From Leucoraja erinacea (Eukaryota): 64,000 nucleotides of DNA. The translations under genes and the position numbers were made by a program. How positions within the stretch are numbered: position 1 is the first letter of the stretch; every line of letters begins with the position of its first letter. Positions 1 to 11,408 of the stretch are shown one piece after another. The notes beneath the pieces were generated by a model. The model saw nothing but the letters and a program-made list of their open reading frames with translations. It was not told where the DNA came from and ran no database searches. The DNA lies in assembly GCF_028641065.1 (NCBI RefSeq), contig NC_073381.1, positions 23,870,001 through 23,934,000 on the forward strand, given 5' to 3'.

Positions 1-105
1 CTCATTCCTTCTCTCCAGAGATGCTGCCTGTCCCGCTGAGGAACTCCAGCTTTTTGTGTTGATCTTCGGTTTAAATCGGCATCTGCCATTCCTTCTTACA
101 CAACA
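1..105 (+). mobile_element. 3' part of a Penelope terminal-repeat-derived element
   Basis: ttctctccagagatgctgcctgtcccgctgag..actccagc matches the tail after the hammerhead core in other copies (e.g. 47102-47171). Confidence 0.7.
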
Positions 106-607
106 TGTACTGTTTGTTCAGTTCAGTTTGAATACCTAGACCACCGATATGTATTAGCTGAATAAATTCCTAGTGTGTGCACTGACTTTAATTTACACAT
201 TTTCCAGAATGTGCTACTTCTCAATGCACTTTTCAAATAATTTACTACCTACTTCTTTGTTTCCAGCTGGTTTTGTTTCTTTTCATTCATTTTCTAATTC
301 AGGAAACATTGAGAATGCAACTGCAGGACATTTTCACACATCCTTAATTAAAGGTTTTTTATGTTCACATTTCTGTACAGAATCTGCTGAACACATTGGC
401 AACTTATGTTTTGGGTTATTTGTGAATTGGCAGATACTTCAACTTAACTGCGATTTTGTTTTACATATATGAACTTTTATAGTATCTTGCTCTCCACCAT
501 AAATTAGAGCACTGGCATGTACATGCGCAAAGTACTTTCTCTTCTGTTGCTGCAGTCAGTCTGACTAAATTCCTTTGGTTCCAACCTGACTAAATGTAAT
601 GCTGATT

Positions 608-2435
608 TAGTAAAGACAAATGTAGGCCCCTTGAAGACAGAAACAGGTGAAATTATTATGGGGAACAAGGAAATGGCAGAAGAGTTGAACATGTACTTTG
701 GTTCTGTCTTCACTAAGGAAGACAAAAATCAATCTTGCAGATGTACTAGAGGACAGAGGTGCTAGGGAGACAGAGGTACTGAAAGAAATTTGCATTGGGC
801 GATAAATCCCCAGGGCCTGATGGTCTGCATCACAGGGTACTCAAGGAGGTGGCTCTCGAAATTGTAGACGCATTGGAGATCATTTTCCAATGTTCTATAG
901 ATTCAGGATCAGTTCCTGTGGATTGGAGGGTAGCTAATGTTATCCCACTTTTCAAGAAATGAGCAAGAGAGAAAATGGGGAATTATAGATCAGTTAGCCT
1001 GACATCAGCGATGGGGAAGATGCTGGAGTCAATTATTTAAAAAAACTAATAATGGCGCATTTGGATAGCAGTCAAATGAACGGTCCAAGTCAGCATGGGT
1101 TTATGAAGGGGAAATCCTGCTTGACTAATCTTCTGTAATTTTTTGAAGATGTGTCAAGTAAAATGGATGAAGGAGAGCCAGTGGATGTAGTGCATCTGGA
1201 CTTTAAGAAAGCCTTTGATAAGGTCCCACACAGGAGATTAGTGGGCAAAATTAGAGCACATGGTATTGGGGCTAGGGTATTGACATGGATTGAGAATTGG
1301 TTGGCAGACAGGAAACGGAGTAGGAATTAACGGGTCCCTGTCAGAATTGCAGGCAGTGGCGCGTGTAGTGCCATCAGCATGGTGCGCTGACAACAACCTG
1401 GCCCTTAACTCCAAGACCAAGGAGCTCATTGTGGACTACAGAAGGTCTAGGGGTGGCACGCACTTCCCCCATCCATATTAATGGGAGGGAGGTGGAACGT
1501 GTTTCCAGCTTCAGGTTTCTGGGGGTCAACATCTCTGATGACCTCACTTGGACCCACAATACCTCTACACTGATCAAGAAGGCTCACCAGCGTCTCTTCT
1601 TCCTGAGGAGATTAAAGAAGATCCGTCTGTCTCCTCAGATTCTGGTGAACTTCTACCGCTGCACCTTCGAGAGCATCCTTACCAACTGTATGACAGTATG
1701 GTGTGGCAACTGCTCTGTCTCCGTCCGGAAAGCACTGCAGAGGGTGGTGAAAATTGCCCAACGTATCACTGGTTCCTCACTCCCCTCCATTGGGTCTGTC
1801 CAGAGCAAGCGATGTCTGCGAAGGGCGCGCAGCATCGTCAAGGACTGCTCTCACCCCAACCACAGACTGTTTACCCTCCTCACTATATATATATTACTGT
1901 TCCATTATTCTATATTCGCTCTTCTGGGTGAGATGCTAACTGCATTTTGTTGTCTCTATACTGTACACTGCACAATGACAATAACGATTGAATCTGAATC
2001 TGATAGGAAGGACTGGGCTTGGATTCACTGGGATTTAGAAGGATGAGAGGGAATCTTATAGAAACAAATAAAATTATAAAAAGGACTGGACAAGCTAGAT
2101 GCAGGAAAAATGTTCCCGATGTTGGGGGAGGACAGAACCAGGGGCCACAGCCTAAGAATAAAGGGGAGGTAATTTATAACTGAGATGAGAAAAAAAACGT
2201 TTGCACCCAGAGAGTTGTGAATTTGTAGAATTCTCTGCCACGGAAGGCAGTGGAGGCCAATTCACTGGATAAATTTAAGAGAGAGTTGGATAGAGCACTA
2301 GGGGCTAGCGGAATCAAGAGTTTTGGGGAGAAGGCATGTACGGGTTATTGATTGTGGATGATCAGCCATGAATGGCGGTGCAGACTCGAAGGGCCAAATG
2401 GCCTCTTCCTGCACCTATTTTCTATGTTGCTATGA
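608..2435 (+). mobile_element. CR1 LINE fragment, decayed, interrupted by a Rex1 insertion
   Basis: Similar to the CR1 at 57735-59390 (cccagggcctgatggtctgcat; LDF.KAFDKVPH coding; 3' UTR ...cctgcacctattttctatgtt). Confidence 0.88.
1374..2003 (+). mobile_element. Rex1/Babar LINE 3' fragment nested in CR1
   Basis: WCADNNLALNSKTKELIVDYRR and VSSFRFLGVNISDDLTW...KKAHQRLFFLRRL; (gaatct)n tail at ~1990-2003; homologous to 42155-43723. Confidence 0.88.
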
Positions 2436-2479
2436 TTTGTGGGTTGAAATAAAGCAGGATATAAAAGAGTTCTTCAAGC

Positions 2480-2720
2480 AAAACACAAAGGGTTTGAAAA
2501 ACTCAGTGGGTCAGGCAGCAACTGTGGAGAGAATGAACAGGTGATGTTTTGGGTCAAGGCCTTTCTTTAGACTGATCCCCTGTCTGAAGAAGGTTCCAGC
2601 CTGAAATGCCGTTGGGTCTGAAGAAAGTTCTCAAACCGAAATGACGTTTGTGTTCTCTCCCCAGATGCTGCCTGGCCCACTAAGTTCCACCATCACATTG
2701 TGTTTACTTGAGATTCCAGA
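2480..2720. mobile_element. Inverted pair of Penelope terminal repeats with two tandem decayed hammerhead cores
   Basis: minus-oriented arm 2480-2575; CTGAAGA...GAAA at 2584 and 2618; plus arm continuing with cagatgctgcctggccc. Confidence 0.65.
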
Positions 2721-2967
2721 ATTTGCTGAATGAATGTTTCCATTTCTGAAAACTAACTACGCCTGAATGAATGTTTCCATTTCTGAAAATGTCTTGGAAA
2801 ATGATTTTAATTTGATGGTAGAATTAATGTAAAGATGGATTTTTGTATGTCGGTCCTTCTGTAATCGAGGGATCCATTGTACTCCATCAGCTGCAAAGAG
2901 CTTAAAGTGGATCTGAGGTCATGAAATATATCCTATAAATAGCTCATGGACATAATCCTATTTGTTA

Positions 2968-3003
2968 CTAGACCAAGTGGGGACCCATTGGGTCCCGTTC
3001 TCC
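2968..3003 (-). mobile_element. Helitron 3' terminus fragment
   Basis: minus strand GGGACCCA-A-TGGGTCCC hairpin then CACTTGGT-CTAG|T, same end as 54300-55025. Confidence 0.65.
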
Positions 3004-3350
3004 GTCTCTATTCCTTTGACAATTATCTAAATTCAGTGACATGAATTGTGTTGGTTTTAAACAGCTCTGAAAATCACATTACAGAGATTGTCTTCACTTC
3101 TCACAAACAGTTTTACTGAAATAACAGCAGTAAAAAAAGGCCAGCATCATCAGTCTTCTGGATCCATCAATATCCATTGACAATCAAGCTCATGTCAGGT
3201 GCCATATTTCTTGCTCCATAAACAAGATACATTTCAGTCTTAAGCACCCATCTGATTTTTTTTTAAAGTAGAAATACATTGCCATCTAACTCAAACACTA
3301 CCGCCAACAGAAGATTAACTGATCATTCATCTGGATGCTTTTTGTGGGAG

Positions 3351-3653
3351 TTTAGTTTAGAGATACAGTGCGGAAACAGGCCCTTCGGCACACCGAGTCC
3401 GCGCCAACCAGCGATCCCCACACATTAACACTCCTCCACACATTAGGGACAATTTACACATTTACCAAGCCAATTAACCTACATACCTGTACATCTTTGG
3501 AGTGTCAGAAGAAACCGAAGATCTCAGAGTAAACACACGCGATCATGGGGAGAACGTACAAACTCCGTACAGACAGCACCTGTAGTCAGTTTCAAACCCG
3601 GGTCTCCGGCGCTGCAAGCACTGTAAGGGCGCAACTCTACCACTGCGCCACCG
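3351..3653 (-). mobile_element. tRNA-derived SINE (HE1/V-SINE-like family)
   Basis: tRNA-like head with B-box-like ggtttgaaa on minus strand, gtttcttctgacactccaaaga core, (ctaaa)n tail; many similar copies in the window. Confidence 0.85.
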
Positions 3654-4001
3654 TAACTGATGCAGAATGATTGAAGTCAGTTCTCATGCCTCCCTTACCT
3701 CTAAATATATTGCATCATGTGAAGTGATTTAAGGCATCCTTTGAAAATGGAACGCAGTATTTGTTATGTTTAATCTACACTAGGTGGATTGGACAGCATC
3801 AGTCTTTCTCCCAATCACAGGCTGTTTATATCACTAAATTGGTTTGTGATACCGCAGCAGGCCTTGACTTTCAACAGTTGCTTTGACATCAGTTATAAAA
3901 TATCGATTGGTTATAAGCTTTACTTTTGTTAATTACACATTTTACAACTCCAGTTTAAATGTGGCTGGTAACCTTTAATTTCTAATATGGTCAACATTTC
4001 A

Positions 4002-4579
4002 TCTAACTCCGACACAACCTATTTGTGCTCAAAACTCCGCAAAAACTGGACACGATAGTGCTACAATTTTAGGCCCACATTACTCACCATTGTCCTTTGA
4101 TGTGCAGTAGCAGGTTTTGTTCAGATTGATGGTATATTTTACGTTATTAACATGTAAAGCTTAAATTAATTTAAAACCGAGCCCCCACTTGTCGGCCGCG
4201 CCTGCGCAGTTGGGGGAGGGTTCCCGTGCACGTCACAACAGGGATCTCTGTCATCACAATGGGAACCCCTCAGCCGCGCCTGCGCAGTTGGGGCCTTTGC
4301 CGATTTTCAGATCGCCATTTTTATTTTTCCTTTCGCGTGTACTTGCCTGTTCACAATGGGGACCCAATGGCTCCATCGGAAAGATTTGTTCTATTTTACA
4401 AACACCTCCACGGGTCCTCTATTCACTTTATTAACTTTAACTTAATTTCTGCCGTCAACGGCACAACTTTGAACGCGGCAGTTGCGCCTGCGCAGTGTGG
4501 GTCCGCCACCCGTGCACGGCGCAGTTTGGTGGAATATTGTGTTGGGGGAACGGGACCAACGGGTCCGCACTTAGTCTAG
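4002..4579 (+). mobile_element. Non-autonomous Helitron
   Basis: A|TC start, subterminal hairpin gggaccaacgggtcc, CTAG|T end at 4576-4579; shares ggaatattg.gttggggga with 28345 and 54300 copies. Confidence 0.7.
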
Positions 4580-5080
4580 TATCAAATAAGATTATGTCCA
4601 TGATACATTTTGCTTTTCCCAAGTTGAGTTATTACCATGGAGAATATCCAATTTGTATCAACAGTATCCAACATGTATGCAAATAACGAAAAATGCAATA
4701 AAAATGGAAATCTTTGGAAACTGCATTTCATACCTCTGAAATAATAGTTTGATTGTTTACGACATGGATTTGTGAATAAACAACACCATGATTTTTGATT
4801 TGTTTTTGTTTATATTTCCTCCCTCTTGAAAGTCAAATAATTTGGCATTTTATTTCAAAGTTTATTCAATTTGCTAACTCTTGTGGGGCAAAATATAACA
4901 TATTGTGCATTTTTATAGCAGTAGAAAATGCTAAACAATACCTATTCTGGTGTTTTGTGTGGAAATGGGATGTAAAAATGGTATATATATATATATATTT
5001 TGCATGAAAATTATTTTATTAGAGTTAGCAGTAATGGTACGTAGCTTCCAAGCAGCAGTCAATTTCCTCACTTCCAAGTA

Positions 5081-5398
5081 GGGCGGTACGGTGGTTGGCG
5101 TAACAGTACAGCTACTGCCATACAGCGGCAGAGCCCCTGGTTCGATCCTGAGTACGGGTGCTTGTCAGTACGGAGTTTCTACTTTCTCCCTATGACCTGC
5201 ATGGGTTTTCTCCAAGATCTTTGGTTTCCTCCCACACTCAAGACGTACAGGTGTGTAGGTTAATTGGCTTGGTATAAATGTAAAATTGTCCCTAGTGTGT
5301 CCAGGGTGGTGTTAATGTGACGGAATCGCTGGTCGGTGCGGACACAGTTGGCTGAAGGGCCTCTTTCTGTGCTTTATCGCTAAACTAAACTAAACTAA
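5081..5398 (+). mobile_element. tRNA-derived SINE (HE1/V-SINE-like)
   Basis: ggttcgatcc B-box, ggtttcctcccacactc core, (taaac)n tail. Confidence 0.85.
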
Positions 5399-5774
5399 AG
5401 AAAGTTTGTGAACAAAATGTCAATTTTTGGAGTCTTTGGATAGTCCTTAAATTTGTGAATTACATAATAAGTTGAAAGCAAGCTGGCAGTCAATTGTACA
5501 TTTCTTCTGATCTTTACGTCCATCAATATTTGTGACCAGCATGGAGAAATAAACAAGGGAAGTGCAAACTCACTGACATACATCTTACACTATTTGACAA
5601 AGCCATTCTGGTCAGAGCTCCAAAACATTTTACCCTCAATTCAAATCACCTTGCTTCACAAAGTGGGGAGAATTCAGTGGTCCTAGCCTGTCCTTTGTTA
5701 AAAAGGTTCTTATCTACATTTGTACTTTCAGTCACACATTCTCACACATTTTTATTTTCTCCTTTGGTATATAG

Positions 5775-5818
5775 CTGACCAGACTGGAATGCTGTTTGTC
5801 GGAGATGCTGTGCTGCAA
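5775..5818 (+). CDS. SNTG2: gamma-2 syntrophin coding exon (44 bp), PDZ domain: (A)DQTGMLFVGDAVLQ
   Basis: atag|CTGAC acceptor; CAA|gttagt donor; peptide recognised as syntrophin gamma-2 PDZ; phase 1 start, phase 0 end. Confidence 0.95.
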
Positions 5819-5938
5819 GTTAGTGAGATTTTTGTACTCGTTTTGCATTTGGTGTATTTAACAGATGCTGTTGGCAAATCATTAGAGGAACTTATCTGTG
5901 GCATGTGTAGATATGACACGTTTTATTTAATTTTGCAG

Positions 5939-5980
5939 GTTAATGGCATTAATGTTGAAAATGCAACACATGAGGAAGTG
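5939..5980 (+). CDS. SNTG2: gamma-2 syntrophin coding exon (42 bp): VNGINVENATHEEV
   Basis: ttttgcag|GTT acceptor, GTG|gtgagt donor; PDZ 'VNG...ATHEE' motif in frame with neighbouring exons. Confidence 0.96.
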
Positions 5981-7189
5981 GTGAGTGTTAATTAGTTTGT
6001 TACATTTTTTTTAAGATTTAGGAGGAAATGATAATTGTGAGTTTGTAGTAACATTTCTGTCAGTGAATATGGCTTAGTGACATATTGTTGAAGCAAGGTT
6101 TTATGCCACCGCAAAAAGAGCAAACCTGATTTATAATCAAATTCCTTAGTGATGTTCCAAAATTAGGGCTGTCTTGTTTTGTCATACATCTTATTGCACT
6201 TGTGTTATTGATTGCAACACTGCCACCAAAATGGGACAAGACAGGACGTCACTAATCTTACAAATTGCCAGATAGTGAGTGCTGGAAATGTGAGGAACAA
6301 GGAGAAAGGATGATGGCTGATCGGACTAATGGTTAAATCCTGTCAGTTTAAGATGGAATAAATCAAATAAATATGTGGGACAAAGATTCATGGTTGCGAA
6401 AATAATGGTGTCACTTCAAAGCCAACATTGTTCTGTACAATTAGGACATTGTAAGAAGAGAAGTTAGAGCGTGGGGCAGTATCTCAACTCAAACTCATTT
6501 TTGTCACATATCCCTTGAAATTAAAAAACAAAAAGATCAGATTTTGTCTTGGACATTTAAATTTGTGTGTCATCCACAACCTTTAGAGAGAAACGAATTC
6601 AAGTGTGAGAATATTCCTTTGTACAAAAGAAGTACTTTTGTTTTCAGTTCCTAAGTGGCCCCTTTTTGCAATCCTTTGTTGTGGTGCACAACCATCACAA
6701 GGATGTAACATAAATTACTCCTTGGCATGTTTATACTTGTGCAACCTCAATGTGAACCATGATCTAGAAAGTAAATTCGGAAACCATTAATTATTTTTAA
6801 TCATATCTAAACTTATAGGAAGGATTTAGTATGTCTGCCTGGAATTTACAAGGATGTCCATTTGGTAGATTAGGCCAAAATGAATGGCTGCTTTATTTTA
6901 ATTTGTGAAATGGTACATGTGGAGTTTATATATTCTCCCTGTGACCATGCCAATTTCCTCCCGCTTTCATCAAGTTCCTCCCACATCCAAAGGTGTAAAT
7001 TAATTGTCTCTGTCATTTTCCCATGTACCAGTGAGTGGTAAAATCTGGGGAAGTTAATGGGAAAGCGGGGATAATAAAATGGGATCAGTGTAAGGTTACT
7101 GTAAATAGGTATTGATGGTTTGCAGGGATGTTGGCGAAGGGCCTATTTCTATGCATGCATGTCTCTTTGATTCTGTTAAATAAAAACAT

Positions 7190-7830
7190 TCAACACTCAG
7201 CGGGTCAAGCAGCATCTCTGGATGATATGGATAAGTGACTTTTTGGTTCGGGTCCCGTCTTCAGACATTGTGGTGAAGAGGGAGAAAGCTAAAAAAGAGG
7301 TGGGGTATGTATAATGCCAGGCAAGTAAAGGTGGATGCTGGTGAGGGTGGGTTTGATTGGTAGATGAGTGGACAACGATTACGGATAAATTGGGGTGTAA
7401 GATTGAGAGATGTGAAGTGAATTTTAATTTGTGAAATGTTAGCTAATGTCAGAGAACCCCATTTCCATGCCATTGGCTGGTAAGCTACTTAAATGGAAGA
7501 TGAGGTGCTCTTCCTCCAGTTTGCATGTGGCCTTACGCTGGTAAAGGAGGAGGCCCAAAAACAGAGAGGCCAATATGACAATGGAAGAATAGTTAAAATG
7601 ATTAACAGCCGGGAGATGCAGCAGCCCTAGATGGACCTAGCGCAAGTGTGCATCATAATGGTTGCCTAGTCTATATTTAGTCGCACCAATGTAAAGAGGG
7701 TTATATTGGAAGCACCAAATGCAGTAGATCAGCTAAAGGAGGTGCACCTGAACCTCCGAGTTGAATTACTTTAGCACTTTATGTATTATTTTTTTGTAAA
7801 CCAGCTTCTGCATTTCTTTGCATCTCTATT
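7190..7830 (-). mobile_element. Old Penelope 3' fragment (decayed GIY-YIG C-terminus + terminal repeat)
   Basis: terminal repeat 7195-7267; 7460-7735 is antisense-similar to 14620-14890. Confidence 0.6.
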
Positions 7831-8445
7831 ATTCAGTATGTTGGTAGATTAATTGACTACTAGAAATTACTCTCTCATGTTGTTAAATGGCGAAAGAATC
7901 AAAGGGGATTCAATGGACATGAGAGAGAGATTACGTTGCTTGGGTTCCAAGAATGAATAGAGAGGGGAAAGGATGGAAGTGCTCTGCTGGTAGCTGCATG
8001 GCTTTCTGCAGGTTGTAATAAATAGGTGATGTTGAAATTTCATGCCAATCCCAAACATATACTACAAAATGGAAATAAAAATCAACATTAAAAAAGCAGA
8101 AGAAAAAATAAGTAATTGAGACCAGTGGAATGAAGTTGAGTCCTGTGTGAAGAAGGAGAATCAGAACCTGAAGGCAACAATTCTTAGCATGAGTTACTAG
8201 ATGTTTTATTTTAAATCAAACTGTGTGCAAGCTGTTTTGATTTTAATGCATTTCTTACCGATGTTATGAAAATGAATTCAAAGAAATAAGCCCCCAACAA
8301 ATCATAAAGTTGATAAATAAAAAGATAAGCAAATTAAGTCACCTACGGAATATGAATTTGCTTCCTTTTTGTTGATTTTATTTTTTTAATTTATTTTAAA
8401 TTAATGTAGTTGTGGGAGGTTTGCAGACATGAAGAAGAGGGATAA

Positions 8446-8743
8446 GGGCCTGTCCCACGATGCAAATTTACCCAAGAGCTCTCCCGAGTTTAAAAAAAAA
8501 ATCAAACCTATGGGACTTCATCACGAGTATTTCTTTTACTCTTGGAAATATTTCACACTGTTGAGAAAACATCACAAGTTTCACGAAGTTACCGCGTTTC
8601 CTGAGTACCTGCCGTTAGCGTTACGAGCCGCTACAAGATGTCCACGAGCTCCGACGTACCCGTTACGTTCATTCTACGTACTTACCACGTGTTTGATTTT
8701 TTTTTTTACTCGGGAGAGGTCTTGAATAAACTCACATCATGGG
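8446..8743. mobile_element. MITE with ~55-bp imperfect TIRs (GGGCCTGTCCCAC family, PIF/Harbinger-like)
   Basis: left taa|gggcctgtcccacgatg...ctcccgagtttaaaaaaaaaatcaaac; right gtttgattttt...actcgggagaggtcttg...catcatggg; outer right end lost. Confidence 0.7.
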
Positions 8744-8777
8744 TTGTAATAAATAGGTGATGGGAGGTCATTTCTTA

Positions 8778-9502
8778 AAATCAGAATCAGAATAGCACTT
8801 TATTTGCAAAGTATGTTTTGCCACATACGAGGAATTTCATTTACCAAGTCAGTCATACAAATAAAAATCAACAGATCACCCAAAAGACATGTTAATATGA
8901 ACATCCACCACTTTCCTCACTGTGATGGAAGGCAAAATAAAGTTAAAATCTCTTCCCTTTGTTCTCCCGCGGTTGAGGGCCTCGAGTCCTCCGTTGCTGG
9001 GACAATCTCGACTCCTGTAGCCGGCGGTATTTGGACCCTCCAGGTCGAGACGATCAGCTCCCGCATCGGGACCACCAGCTCCCGCGCTGGATGATCAAAC
9101 CTCGCGTCGGGGCTGATCAAACCTTCTGCGTCTTTGAAGCTTCCCAACTCTGCCTCTCCCAAGACTGCGAGCTCTTGATGGCAAGTCCGCAGGCAAGGGA
9201 TCAGCTCCAATGTGAAGACCGCGCCCCGCGGTGGGGCTCAAAGTCAGTCCAAGGAGGCCTCCGGCTCCATCGATGGAAGGCCACAGAGTGCCTGGAGAAT
9301 GCGATGCGGAAATCAATCGCATCTCTGGCAAGTTAATAACCTGAAAAAAGTTTCCCCCCGATCCCCTCCCCCTGCCCCCACATAAGACAAACCGGAAAAC
9401 ATTAAAACAAACTTTTAACAAACACTAAAAATTAAAAATTAAAAGATGAAAAAAGGAACAGACTGCCAGCGGAGCTGCCATCGTACGGTGCCCCTGGTGG
9501 TC
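8778..9502 (-). mobile_element. Non-autonomous retroposon with GC-rich body and Rex1-like (ttctga)n tail
   Basis: Homologous end to end to 37895-38650; minus-strand aataaa followed by attctgattctgatt tail. Confidence 0.65.
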
Positions 9503-9866
9503 ACAAAATTAGCATTATGTGCCTTATTTAGGTATGTAAACAGCCCAGCATAGGTGGCCACTGGATTTCCCAAAAACTGTCGACTGAATGGGTCAGATCG
9601 TCTACTTTAGACTAATGTTTAGAGAATTTAGAGATACAACTTGGAAACAGGCCCTCTGATTCACTGATCCACGCCGACTAGCGATCACCTCGTACACTAG
9701 CATTATCTTATACACTAGGGACAATTTATAATTTACAGAAGCCAATTAACCTTCTGTGGGAGTGTGGGAGGAAACCGGAGCACCCGCAGAAAACCCACGC
9801 TGCTGAGATCACCAATTAGCTGCATCCTCAGTTGTGCTGTATTTCCCTTTCTCAATCCCAGGTACA

Positions 9867-10152
9867 GTTTAGTTTAGAGATACAGCGCTGAAACCGGCCC
9901 TTCGGCCCACCGAGTCCGCGCCAACCAGCAATCCCCGCACATTAACAATACCCTATACACACTAGGGATAATTTACAATTTATACTAACCTGTACATCTT
10001 TGGAGTGTGGGAGGAAACTGAATATCGGAGTAAACCCATAAGGTCACAGGGAGAACGTACAAACTTGATACAGACAGCACCTGTAGTTGGGGTCGAAACC
10101 GTGTCTTTGGATGCACCGTAAGGCAACAACTCTACCGCTGCACCACCGTGCC
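9867..10152 (-). mobile_element. tRNA-derived SINE (a partial copy also at ~9618-9800)
   Basis: gtttagtttagagatacag tail, ggaggaaac core, caactctaccgctgcaccacc head. Confidence 0.85.
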
Positions 10153-10679
10153 ACCGCCTTCTGCTGAGAGGTAAACTCATGAGTGCTCATGTGCAGCTCA
10201 TGTGCAGCCCAGTGCATTCAGGGCCTTCCCAGCACGTGGCTTCCTGAGTGGACCGTAGAACACAGTACTGGAATAAGGTCATATGTGATAGGTCGAATTA
10301 GGCCATTTAGCCCATCAAGTCGACTCCGCAATTCAATCATGGCTAATCTACCTCTCCCTCCTAACCCCGTCCCATTCCTGCCTTCTCCCCATACCCCTGA
10401 CTCTGCTATCTTTAAGAGCTCTATATAACTCTCTCTTAAAAGCCAGAATTGGCATTCAGGGCCTTCCCAGCACGAGGCTTCCACTGATTCACAAACCGTG
10501 GGTGAAAACACAGTCAATTCAATTCAATTAATTGTCATATGACCCCTTGAGGTCCAAACGAAATGCCGTTTCTGCAGCCATACATTACAAACAAACTCCC
10601 CAATTCAATCATGGCTACATTTTACACCTCTCCCTCACATCGCCCCGTCGAATTCCTGCCTTCTCCCCATCCCCTGACT

Positions 10680-10711
<32 letters not shown>

Positions 10712-11314
10712 CTTGAAAGCAAAGTCAGAATTGGCCTGGCACTGCCCCGCGGCCATTAAAGCCACAGATGATGCAAGGTGCTGGGGAAAAGCACAGACAC
10801 CTCTGTCCCCAGTCTAAACCTCTGGCACCAGTACAAATCAAATACTGGAGTAACTCAGCAGGTCAGGCCAGGCAGAACAGGGACAGGCAACATTTTGGGA
10901 TGGGACTGATTGTAGTAGGAGAGAGAAAACTGTAAAAGAGGTGGGGGCAAGACAAAGCCTGGCTGTTGAGAATAGGATACAGGTGAGGGAGGGTGGTGTG
11001 TTGAGATGAACTCGAGAGAAGAAAAGACAAAAGGATGACAAAAAGGGGTTAAATTAGACAAAAAGGAGACGAGTAGATATGGAGAGAAGAGGAGTGAAAT
11101 ATGAGTGAAATGTGAAATCTGAGGGAGTGATATAGATGAAAGGGGATGGGTGTGAATGGAGATGCGGTTGTGGAAGATTGGGTGCACACTAGGGTCAAAT
11201 AAGATATGGAGGGGAGAAGAAGAAAAAAAAAATGCTGTAAGCTGTTACCTAAAATTGGAGAATTCAATCTTCATACTATTAGGTTGTGAGTCGCCCATAC
11301 GGAATTTGATGATA

Positions 11315-11408
11315 AACATGAAATGCTGGAGTAACTCGGCGGGTCAGGCAGCATCCCTGGAGAAAAAGAAAAGGTGACGTTTCCAGTCGGAACCCTTCTT
11401 CAGACTGA
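11315..11408 (-). mobile_element. Penelope terminal repeat with hammerhead core
   Basis: minus strand 11403-11376 reads CTGAAGA A GGGTTCCGACTG GAAAC GTC. Confidence 0.75.

Noticed and set aside
2726-2789. 27-bp direct repeat ctgaatgaatgtttccatttctgaaaa with a 10-bp spacer
   Set aside because: Simple local duplication; no functional signature
5720-5995. 91-aa ORF as a single-exon gene
   Set aside because: It is two SNTG2 exons joined by read-through of a 120-nt intron
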